Origin: an uncultured archaeon | GTDB lineage: Archaea > Thermoproteota > Bathyarchaeia > Bathyarchaeales > Bathycorpusculaceae | NCBI GenBank assembly: GCA_963782915.1 | Contig: CAWALK010000022.1 | Coordinates: forward strand, 265,098 to 329,097 | Reading direction: 5' to 3' | Length of the DNA: 64,000 nt | Notes under the pieces: generated by a model | What the model saw: the letters and a program-made list of their open reading frames with translations, nothing else | Told to the model about the DNA's origin: nothing | The model's database searches: none | Made by a program: the position numbers and the translations under genes | Shown here: piece by piece, positions 55,646-64,000 of the stretch | Numbering within the stretch: position 1 is the stretch's first letter | How the letters are laid out: the number at the start of each line of letters is the position of its first letter

Positions 55646-56392
55646 ATGTTAGACTGGATACTCGCCATAAGCAGCGTCATCGCCATCAGCGCAATCTCCC
55701 TAATCGGCATACTCTTCATCTGGGTAACCGAGAAAAAACTCAAAAAAACCTTCACATACCTCGTTAGCTTCGCAGTCGGCGGCTTACTAGGCGACGTATT
55801 CCTCCACCTCATGCCCGAAATAATAGACACCGGCTTCGGAACCACAACCGCACTCATACTCATCGCCGGCATCCTCTCCTCCTTCATGGTAGAACGCTTC
55901 CTACAATGGAGACACTGCCACATCCCAACCTCAGGAGAACACCCCCACTCATTCGCATACATGAACCTCTTCGGCGACAGCATCCACAACCTAATCGACG
56001 GATTAATCGTCGGAGGAAGCTACCTCGCCAGCATACCCTTAGGCATAGCCACCACCATAGCCGTGATTTTCCATGAAATCCCCCAAGAACTCGGCGACTT
56101 CAGCGTTCTCATCTACGGTGGCTTCACAAAAAAGAAAGCACTGGGCTTCAACTTTTTAACAGCATTAACGGCAGTCGTTGGCGCTGTTATAGCGCTTGCT
56201 TTAGGTTCAATGCTTGACGGTTTTGTGCCTCTGCTGGTGCCTTTTGCAGCTGGCAACTTCATCTACATCGCTGGGTCAGATTTGATTCCCGAACTTCGCA
56301 AGGATACTCCTGAACTCAAAAAGTCTGGGTTGCAGTTGGTGTCTTTGGTGTTGGGGATTGTTCCGATGATACTGCTTTTGCTTCTGGAGTAA
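55646..56392 (+). CDS. ZIP-family metal transporter
   Basis: FLHLMPE, HNLIDG, HEIPQELGD, AGNFIYIA. Confidence 0.93.
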   Translation: MLDWILAISSVIAISAISLIGILFIWVTEKKLKKTFTYLVSFAVGGLLGDVFLHLMPEIIDTGFGTTTALILIAGILSSFMVERFLQWRHCHIPTSGEHPHSFAYMNLFGDSIHNLIDGLIVGGSYLASIPLGIATTIAVIFHEIPQELGDFSVLIYGGFTKKKALGFNFLTALTAVVGAVIALALGSMLDGFVPLLVPFAAGNFIYIAGSDLIPELRKDTPELKKSGLQLVSLVLGIVPMILLLLLE

Positions 56393-56465
56393 AGTATACT
56401 CCTCATTTCTGTAAGGAAACGTAAATAAATTTGGCAAACGCATGTTTTTAGTATTTGTGGTTGTT

Positions 56466-57251
56466 ATGAAAATTGCTGTTGCAGGTAAAGGCGGCGTAGG
56501 AAAAACCCTCATAGCAGGCGGATTAGCCCGAGGTTTTGTTGAACGCGGATTAAAAACCATTGGAATTGACGCAGATTCTTCACCCAATTTAGGTTTAACT
56601 TTGGGGTTGACAGCGGAAGAAACCCGCAAAATCGTCCCCATTTCAGATAATCAGCCCTTGGTTGAGTCCAAAACAAGCACCGGTTATTCAGGCGTTTACA
56701 ACCTTAACTTCAGCGTTGACGACATCGTAAAACAGTATTCTGTGCCCACACCGTTGGGTGTAAACCTGATTGTCATGGGAACAGTTCATACCATGGGTGC
56801 AGGCTGCATGTGTGCACCAACCGCTGTCATCCGGGCTTTGCTTAGGCATCTTGTGGTTGAAATAAACGAAGCAGTCGTTATGGATTTAGAGGCAGGCGTG
56901 GAACATATCGGCAGAGGCACCGCGCAACAAGTAGATGCATTGCTCATCGTTGCTGACTCTAACATGAAGTCGCTTGAAATCGCTAAACACATCCATGACA
57001 TGGCAGCAGCTGGCGGCATGAAACAGCTCTATCTTATCGGTAATAGAGTAATGAATGACGCCCAAAAAGAAGCCATAAACACCTTTGCAAAAGAAAACGG
57101 CATTAACGTTCTTGCGTTTGTGCCATGGGACCAAAAAATTATCGAATCCGACATGCTTGGTGTGACGCCGCTGAAGAACAAGGATATTGAAGCGGTCAAA
57201 GCCATCGATGGCATCTGCGAGCTGCTTACTCAAAAAATTCCCAAAAAATAA
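56466..57251 (+). CDS. cooC: CooC-type nickel-insertion ATPase
   Basis: GKGGVGKT, DADSSPNL, GCMC, DLEAGVEHIGRG. Confidence 0.9.
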   Translation: MKIAVAGKGGVGKTLIAGGLARGFVERGLKTIGIDADSSPNLGLTLGLTAEETRKIVPISDNQPLVESKTSTGYSGVYNLNFSVDDIVKQYSVPTPLGVNLIVMGTVHTMGAGCMCAPTAVIRALLRHLVVEINEAVVMDLEAGVEHIGRGTAQQVDALLIVADSNMKSLEIAKHIHDMAAAGGMKQLYLIGNRVMNDAQKEAINTFAKENGINVLAFVPWDQKIIESDMLGVTPLKNKDIEAVKAIDGICELLTQKIPKK

Positions 57252-57284
57252 TTTTCCCTACTTCTATTCTTTAACCAGAACAAA

Positions 57285-58790
57285 TTAGATGTTATATTGT
57301 ACTCCATTTCTTGGAACCGTGACACGTGCATCTATCCTACTTTTGATAGCTGACTCTAAAACTCGCTTGGTCTTAATCGAAGGTCCGTGGACGAGGAAAA
57401 CGTTCTTAGGCTGCCATTTAACCACGAAATCCTCAATCTCTTTCCCTGTTGCGTGCGCGGAGAGCCTGTAATCGCCGATTAAGCAGGATAGTTTGATGGT
57501 TTGCAGAGGTTCATTTGGCTCAACCTTCAGTTGCACGGTTGGTTCTTGCTGTTTTTGGGTTAGTAGCTTTAGGAATTTGCTGCCTGGGCTTTCCTCGTCT
57601 TGGTATCCCACAAACAGTATCGCGGATTCCGTTTCTTTAGCGAGGTAACTGGCGATTTTAGGGCTCCAGCCGCCCGACAGCATCCCAGACGGGGCAATAA
57701 ACAATGCTGGACCATTATCGTAAATCAACGCGTGTTCCACTTCATAGTTTGACGATGGAAACTGTACCAGTCCCTGTGAGCAACCAGCGTACATGCAGCT
57801 ACGGAAGAGTTCACCGAAATTCTTAGCTGCCCAAGCGGTGACATAGACGTTTTTCTGGTCTTCAGTGCACAGGTAAGTTACGTTTCGTGCCATGCCCATG
57901 ATTAGAATTGGGTAAGATTGAAGGGTGTTGGTTTCCTTCATGCTTTTCAGAAGAATGGCTAGGATTTCTTGTGCTCTGCCCAATGCAAATGAGGGTATGA
58001 GGATTCTGCCTCTTTTGGAGAGGATGGCTCGGATTTGGGTTACGAAATCGGTTATTTCTTGTTCTCTTGTGTGTTGAGATTGATTCAAGTCGCCATATGT
58101 GGCTTCTGTTATCATTAAATCAATTTTCTGCTGTTCTTCTGATGGGTCTGGAGCACCATTGACTGTTAAGAAGTCGGTTCGGCTAAAATCGCCCGTATAC
58201 AAAACCCTCGAACCTGCTTTTCCTTCGATTAGGAAACTGGCTGCTCCCGGAATGTGGCCTGCCCTAAGCGCCTTTATGGTTAACCCATCTATTTCGAAGT
58301 CGGTTTGGCCTTCTTCGAAGCTGCAAGTCCTAATCCGCTTAGAATTTAGCACTTCTTGGACTATTTCATCAGCGTTCTTATTGCCGCCAGTTGCTTTTCG
58401 ATAGATTTCGCTTAGTGCATGTGAGTAATAGTTTGGGGAGACTTTCAGTGCATCACGGAGGATTATCTTGGATAGATCGCGTGTGAAGCCAGTCATGAAA
58501 ATCGGTGCATCTTGTACTGCGTAGAAGGCGTGCGGTAGTAAGCCGATGTGGTCAAGGTGGGCGTGGGAAACCAGGATTGCAGATGGTTTGGGCTTGAGTG
58601 TAGTGAGTCTTTCCAATGCGGTTTGCATATGGATTTCTTCAGTGGCGGCTCTTCCATGGCTGGTTGACATGAAACCGGTGTCTAAAACCAGGGTGTCGCC
58701 GTCGATTTGGAGCGTGTGTATGGATGGTTCTATGGCGTTTTTGCCTTCGCATCCGCTGATCGAGTAGAAAGAAATGTTGCCATTCGTCAT
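57285..58790 (-). CDS. Metallo-beta-lactamase/beta-CASP nuclease without KH domains
   Basis: LDTG, SHAHLDH, GHIPGA, YTGDF, EATYG, PSFALGRAQE, SGML, GYQ, SAHA, VHG. Confidence 0.9.
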   Translation of the reverse strand: MTNGNISFYSISGCEGKNAIEPSIHTLQIDGDTLVLDTGFMSTSHGRAATEEIHMQTALERLTTLKPKPSAILVSHAHLDHIGLLPHAFYAVQDAPIFMTGFTRDLSKIILRDALKVSPNYYSHALSEIYRKATGGNKNADEIVQEVLNSKRIRTCSFEEGQTDFEIDGLTIKALRAGHIPGAASFLIEGKAGSRVLYTGDFSRTDFLTVNGAPDPSEEQQKIDLMITEATYGDLNQSQHTREQEITDFVTQIRAILSKRGRILIPSFALGRAQEILAILLKSMKETNTLQSYPILIMGMARNVTYLCTEDQKNVYVTAWAAKNFGELFRSCMYAGCSQGLVQFPSSNYEVEHALIYDNGPALFIAPSGMLSGGWSPKIASYLAKETESAILFVGYQDEESPGSKFLKLLTQKQQEPTVQLKVEPNEPLQTIKLSCLIGDYRLSAHATGKEIEDFVVKWQPKNVFLVHGPSIKTKRVLESAIKSRIDARVTVPRNGVQYNI

Positions 58791-58927
58791 ATGTTGATTC
58801 TGCGGCTTATTCTTATTTGTTGATTCGTGGTTGAATAGTAGCTACAACAAGTTATTTTAATTGGGGGAAAATATGAAAAATCGCTTCAAATAAGGAGTTG
58901 ATAGGAGCTGGTTGAGGGTCGGGCGTT

Positions 58928-58966
58928 TTGTTTATATGTTTTGTTTATACAATTTGTTTATACAAC
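58928..58966 (+). repeat. Three tandem 13-bp repeats (TTGTTTATAY core)
   Basis: Copies at 58928, 58941 and 58954, directly before AGGAGG. Confidence 0.8.
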
Positions 58967-58980
58967 AGGAGGTTTGTGTG

Positions 58981-59331
58981 TTGGCTAAGGTCTTTAAGGG
59001 CGTTAGGTTTGATGCCCAGCTTTACAATGATTTCAAAAGTGTGGCTTCCGCAGGAGGGTGCACTGCAACTGGTGCGTTTGAGCGGTTTATGAGTGTTTGT
59101 GTGGAGGGTGGGGTTCTAGTTTTTCCTGAAAGGAACATTGAGGGTTTTGAGGTTGAGGCCCGAGTGTTAGTTGATTGGTTGCGTAAGGGAAAGCGATTTT
59201 ACCGTGGTAAGAGCGGGGTTGAGGTGAATATTCCTGGGCGGTTGGTTGAGTTGTTGGTTAAGGTTCGTAATTCTGAGTTGAGGGCTGAGATGGAAGATGT
59301 TTTGAAGAGTTCGGTTTCTGAGCAAGGCTAA
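58981..59331 (+). CDS. Hypothetical protein with a possible N-terminal RHH
   Basis: AGGAGG then TTG; KVFKGVRFDAQLYNDFKSVA...TATGAFERFM fits a beta-helix-helix pattern. Confidence 0.6.
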   Translation: MAKVFKGVRFDAQLYNDFKSVASAGGCTATGAFERFMSVCVEGGVLVFPERNIEGFEVEARVLVDWLRKGKRFYRGKSGVEVNIPGRLVELLVKVRNSELRAEMEDVLKSSVSEQG

Positions 59332-59344
59332 GGTTATGCGTTGT

Positions 59345-60816
59345 TTATCTTGGGACGATTACAAGGAATGGTTCTGGTTCTGATTCTTTAGTTGCATAAC
59401 ACGCGAGTGCTAATGCGAACAGTTGGTCGTCATGCCTCCCTTTGGGGTGTCGATATTTCATGTGTATGTGCTCTTGTGCGGTATTAGGTTGGAGGTACTC
59501 GTATTGTTGCTCGTTAATTTGGGCAATCAGTTGCTTGTCCCCTCCTTGTATGCGAAGTTGTTTTTTCTCCATTAATAATTTGAGGTAATTGAGCATGTTC
59601 TCTTTCTCTGTGTCCGTAAAGAAGACGCCTTTAACCTCTGGAATACCTATGTTCCTCGAGTTCATCTACTATGGCGTCGCCTATGCCCGTTTTGTCAACG
59701 TATACTCCGTCAAAGTTGAAGGCCTGGCTGGCTTTGGTTGTGTAAGCGATGACTTCTGGGTAGGGTGTTCCCAGTGGAAACTGGCGTTTATGCACCAGCC
59801 TAACTTCACCATTATCTGTTTGCTGAACCACTGCCAGAACGCTAAAGTCAATTTGTTTGCCTAAATCTAAACCGCCGAAATATCTGCCGCTCAACTGTTG
59901 ATTGTCAATTTGTTCAATGTCTTGGATATACTGGTTTGCTGAAGCAGGATTATCTAATTCAGAATCTATGCATCTTATGATTATATCCATGGGAAAGAAG
60001 GTCTGTGTTGCTTCAACCCATAGTGCTTCAACTTCTCTTTGCCATTCCTCCATAGTCATCATGTCACGCCATTCGGCGAGTTGCGTTGGGCTCACAAGTG
60101 GGCTGGAATTGCTTGGGTAATGGTGTATTGAGTAGCGTTTTGTATCCAAAAAAGCTTTATGAAAAACGTGATCGAACGCCATAGGTGTTCCACTCATAAC
60201 CAAAGATGCGTTCGGTTTTGTGAGCATCATCATGATTTCGCTTGTAATCATATCTGTTGGGATGATGCTTGCTTCATCAAGAAAAACCCAGTCGGGATGA
60301 TACCCCCTGAGCTTATCCGGGGAACAGGGTAATGCGACTAATTTGCTGTTGTAGTGGGGATTTTAGCTTGATTACTGTCCGTGTTGTTCCTGGATGTTGA
60401 AGCATATCGCGCATAAGTGGATTTGACATTATAGTGGAGTAGCAATAGTCAAACATAATCATGCTTTGTCGTTGGGTGCTGCTTATTATGAGGCTTTCAC
60501 AGTTGGCTTTTGTAAATAGAAGCCACAGATTTTTTCGGCTGAAAACTAGGCTTTTTCCCCATCCTCTTCCACACACGGCTACCTGTCGTGAGCTTTGGTC
60601 ACGCAGCAATTTCTGGTGGTCCGGTGCTTTATTAAGCCAGCCGTCTCCGCACATTAGTGTGGCAAAGAACACTGGATCTTGTACAAGTTTGCGTGTTACC
60701 TCAGGATAAGCGCAGAGTTCTTTGAAGGCTTTGGGTCTCATCCTAAGACCCTTATATGCTTGGGCCGCGAATTCTAAGTCGTTAATTACCTTCTCGATGT
60801 AAGTGCTCTCTTCCAT
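59345..60816 (-). CDS. Phage-type terminase large subunit (two frameshifts)
   Basis: Walker A VCGRGWGKS; Walker B LRGYHPDWVFLDEA (intermediate frame); SGTP; nuclease GLDLG, VDKTGIG, HDDQLFALAL. Confidence 0.9.
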
Positions 60817-61121
60817 ACCCTAAAGTCACGCCTAAAACGCCTAGCTATCCTAGGCTCTATCCCTCTCACGTAGTCGCCTAAGTTTTGGTCCTCAAACTGG
60901 GTTTTTTCGCCCTTTTGAGTCAGCATTTTGTTCAAAGTGTTTGCATGAAATGCAAAAACTGTAGCTACCCTTGTCCTCTCAGTTACAGTAAGTTCAGGGT
61001 CTTTCAGCATTCTTTGAAGTTCATTAATCATTTCCCATTCTCTTTTAATCAATCCTTCCAAAGTTGGAGTCTCAGTTAGTGCCGTATCCTCTGAATTTGG
61101 ATTTTTCATATCAATCGCCAA
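60786..61121 (-). CDS. Small helical protein overlapping terL (candidate small terminase)
   Basis: 111 aa with a basic C-terminus, immediately upstream of terL. Confidence 0.6.
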   Translation of the reverse strand: MAIDMKNPNSEDTALTETPTLEGLIKREWEMINELQRMLKDPELTVTERTRVATVFAFHANTLNKMLTQKGEKTQFEDQNLGDYVRGIEPRIARRFRRDFRVWKRALTSRR

Positions 61122-61480
61122 GAGTGTGAACCTGATTCATTATGCTTCAACTTAATGCTATTTTATATAATAAACTATCGTTGAGATGATAATAATGCAC
61201 TTGTGTCATCATTTTACTTATCGATAAGCAGAAGGATTTGCTAAAAAGGTTGAAATCTGACAAGAGTCTTCCTTGAAAATTAATTCATAGCTATGCTTTT
61301 CACTATAACGGTTGTAGGAATAATGCTGGAAGAATTATGCTAGATTGACCGTGAAAAGCAACGGGCTAAATCTAAATAATGTGAGTCGTAGAAACCTGTG
61401 AGTTGGGGATGAGCGGTAGCCATTTCCATAAATAGCAAAAAATATATGAACTCATATTAGAAACTGGTTAAAGCAGGTGC

Positions 61481-62083
61481 TTGGTTATGGGTCCACGATG
61501 GAAAGAATGGAATAAAAGCGATATAATCTATGCAATAATCATCCCAGTAATTGTCGTTTTATTGATTGTTGGAATATCAAAGCTATCTACCCTCTTTGGA
61601 GTTGAGGGCTTTGGAATAGTAATAGGTATAACTATGGAAATAACAGAGCTAGCCCTTATTGTTTCAGTACCATTGATTCTTGGATTAGTCTGGAATAAAT
61701 GGGCAGGAGGTGCCTCAGGCTTTATAATGGGAACCTTCTACGCTCTATACTGGTCAAATGCCTATAACGGAATCACGGGCTCAGGCACAGTTCTTATCGC
61801 ATACATCCTTGGCGCAATGCTAATCGGCTACATGGGCGGAGCATTAAACAAGCGATCAGATGACTTTAAACGCCTTTTAATCTCAGGTATATTAGCTTCA
61901 ACAATCGGCGGCATTGTCATGTTTGGAATTTTCCAGCTCTCAACTGCAAACGTGGTAACCGGAATCGATGGGTTCCTACTGACAGTACTAACTCGTACAT
62001 TGGCGGGAGCGATAATCGCGGTATTAGCCAAAGTATTCTTTTGGTATGACATGGGTGTTCAAAAGCACCCAAATATGCCCTAA
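61481..62083 (+). CDS. Six-TM membrane protein (ECF S-component-like)
   Basis: Gly-rich TM helices (WAGGASGFIMG). Confidence 0.65.
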   Translation: MVMGPRWKEWNKSDIIYAIIIPVIVVLLIVGISKLSTLFGVEGFGIVIGITMEITELALIVSVPLILGLVWNKWAGGASGFIMGTFYALYWSNAYNGITGSGTVLIAYILGAMLIGYMGGALNKRSDDFKRLLISGILASTIGGIVMFGIFQLSTANVVTGIDGFLLTVLTRTLAGAIIAVLAKVFFWYDMGVQKHPNMP

Positions 62084-62092
62084 CACCCTTTT

Positions 62093-62320
62093 TTAGATAA
62101 TAGATTGATGTTGGTTACTTTCTTTGAATAGCCCCGTTTGCGGGTCAGTAAAATATTCGATTATCCATGTTTTAATTTGGTAGGCTGATGCCACCGCCAT
62201 GGGGTCACATGCTTTTGAAGGATTTGTCTCATACATATAACAGTCTTCACACAAAGCTTTTCCAAGGAAATTATAGGTCTCCTGCTGTCTTAGAGGTCCT
62301 TTGCTTTTTTGGCATTCCAT
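62093..62320 (-). CDS. Small Cys-containing protein, possibly 3'-truncated
   Basis: LCEDCYM...ACDPMAV motif. Confidence 0.55.
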   Translation of the reverse strand: MECQKSKGPLRQQETYNFLGKALCEDCYMYETNPSKACDPMAVASAYQIKTWIIEYFTDPQTGLFKESNQHQSII

Positions 62321-62324
62321 TTTA

Positions 62325-62708
62325 TCACCCTTCGTTCAAATGTTTGTAAACGTCTGATTCAAAGGTGTCGACAAGTTTGTTGAGACTCGAAGTTATTTCC
62401 TTTACTCGTTCTTTTGCGTGTTTTTTAATTATGGCAGTGTCTTGCATTGCATAAGAATGGTAATAGCCTCCACCCTTCAAAGTCATTGTCTGTTTGTTTA
62501 CAAGATTTAGGCTAACTAGCTTAGCAAGGCAGCGATGTATAGAGCTACGATCTTTCTGGGCGACTTTCGCCAATTGGTCAAGGGTTGCGCCTTGACTTTT
62601 TGCAACTGCTTGGAGCACTTGAAGGTCAGCCGGTTTAAGGTTGTATAGGCAAGTGAGTAAATCGGTGCAAGATGCCCCTTTTTTTGTAATTTGGTTTATG
62701 CTTTCCAT
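62325..62708 (-). CDS. TrmB-like HTH regulator (COG3355-like)
   Basis: CTDLLTCLYNL...DRSSIHRCLAKL...GGYYHSY. Confidence 0.85.
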   Translation of the reverse strand: MESINQITKKGASCTDLLTCLYNLKPADLQVLQAVAKSQGATLDQLAKVAQKDRSSIHRCLAKLVSLNLVNKQTMTLKGGGYYHSYAMQDTAIIKKHAKERVKEITSSLNKLVDTFESDVYKHLNEG

Positions 62709-62946
62709 GTAAAAGGTTATGCAATTTCTTGCCTATAAATGGTATTGTTTGGTATTGACAATACCACAATATATATTGGTTGGGCTTGCATTTCATTGGA
62801 GTATTCGGAAGTGTGAATGTGGAGAAAAAATTTGAATGCCCTCGAGGCATACCGGAAGAAATGTGTGACCACGCCCCTACCTGCAACGTTTGGAAACTAA
62901 GAGAGGCAGCCAAAAAACAATCCTAAAAGCGCCTGAGGAAACGTCG

Positions 62947-63357
62947 ATGTTTGAGGACAACGAATTACAGCAGATAAGATTAAAAAAAGTTCAATCGATG
63001 TTAGACCAAGCAGGTCATGGAAAGCAGGTAAACAACCACCCGCTTAACATTACTGATGATAACTTCGATAACACACTAAAGGCAAATTCGCTATTGGTCG
63101 TTGATTTCTGGGCTCCTTGGTGTGGGCCTTGCCGAATGGTCGGACCGGTAATTGAGCAACTCGCCGCAGAATATACAGGCAAAGTAGGTTTCGGAAAGAT
63201 GAATGTAGATGAAAACCAAAAAGTGCCCAGCAACTTGGGCATCATGAGTATACCCACAATCGTCGTCTTCCACCACGGCCAAGGAGTAGAGCGAATAGTT
63301 GGCGCTTACCCAAAAACTCACATAGAAGCAACATTCAAACGATATATCGGACAATAA
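62947..63357 (+). CDS. trxA: Thioredoxin
   Basis: DFWAPWCGPC, SIPT. Confidence 0.95.
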   Translation: MFEDNELQQIRLKKVQSMLDQAGHGKQVNNHPLNITDDNFDNTLKANSLLVVDFWAPWCGPCRMVGPVIEQLAAEYTGKVGFGKMNVDENQKVPSNLGIMSIPTIVVFHHGQGVERIVGAYPKTHIEATFKRYIGQ

Positions 63358-63370
63358 TGAAGGCTATGTC

Positions 63371-63867
63371 ATGACAGAACCAAAAAACGGTCGACCAATC
63401 TTCTTCCCCGAAAACCTAGTTCTATTCGGTAACCTTGCACTTTTCCTCTGGATTGTTCTTGACACAGTCGCTTTTCTACTATATGACATAACGGCTGGTA
63501 TCGCGTTTTTTATAGTGACTCTAATCGCAATTTATGGTGTTCTACACTTCATCGGGTGCCTACGTCCATGCTACAATTGCATAAAATGCACGCACGGCAT
63601 GGGACGGTTAGCGGCTTTGTACTTTGGCAGACGCATCTTCAAAGACTACAAATACAGCTACAAACTACCCACAGCAATATTCTTCACTCTGTACATTGGG
63701 GCGTTTCCAGCAACATTCGCGCTCTACTCAGCATCATAGATTTCACGATGATCAAAGCAGCGGTTTTTGTGACTCTCTTAGTGTTTACAATCTATAGTGC
63801 TTTAACATGGCGACCAAGAAAACCAAAAACCCCAAAAGAGACAGACAGCCAAAAGCCCCCTGATTAG
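63371..63867 (+). CDS. 4-TM membrane protein with Cys cluster (frameshift ~63730)
   Basis: CLRPCYNCIKCTHG; the C-terminal TM lies in the adjacent frame. Confidence 0.65.
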
Positions 63868-64000
63868 TATATTGTTGAACTCATGCCGATTGCTTGCTAT
63901 CTTACCGGGGATTTTGCCCGTCGTTGGATTGCTCTGCAATCGGCTTATGCTTTCATCTATTGTTAGAAGGCTGAAGTCATCGGCAGTTTGATTTTTATCT

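Noticed and set aside
63870-64000. Minus-strand fragment resembling a P-type ATPase N-terminus (LTIDESISRLQSNPTTG)
   Set aside because: Too short and cut by the window edge to support a call.

Overview
Archaeal chromosomal window. The gene set (Rpo12/RpoP, archease, Taw1, Trm5, Trm112, TET peptidase, TrmB/Lrp regulators, REC-PAS kinase) and many TTG/GTG starts suggest Bathyarchaeia; this assignment is inference. About 17 otherwise intact genes are split by 1-nt indels, consistent with uncorrected long-read errors. Contents in order: (1) an HTH-type regulator followed by six translationally coupled membrane proteins, five sharing only an N-terminal RGW[FLY]P[QK][ED] motif; (2) a two-component cluster with a REC-TrmB fusion; (3) hicBA between tRNA-Leu(GAG) and a decayed copy of its 3' half; (4) a bacterial-type cysK-cysE-metY-metX-metW cluster with two divergent regulators and two recurring palindromic operator candidates; (5) housekeeping, sugar-nucleotide, tRNA-modification and glycogen genes; (6) two diverged copies of a ~240-nt intergenic fold-back element; (7) a NikR/ZIP/CooC locus; (8) an orphan terminase module with no capsid, portal or integrase, next to a beta-CASP nuclease. 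No CRISPR array or rRNA was seen.
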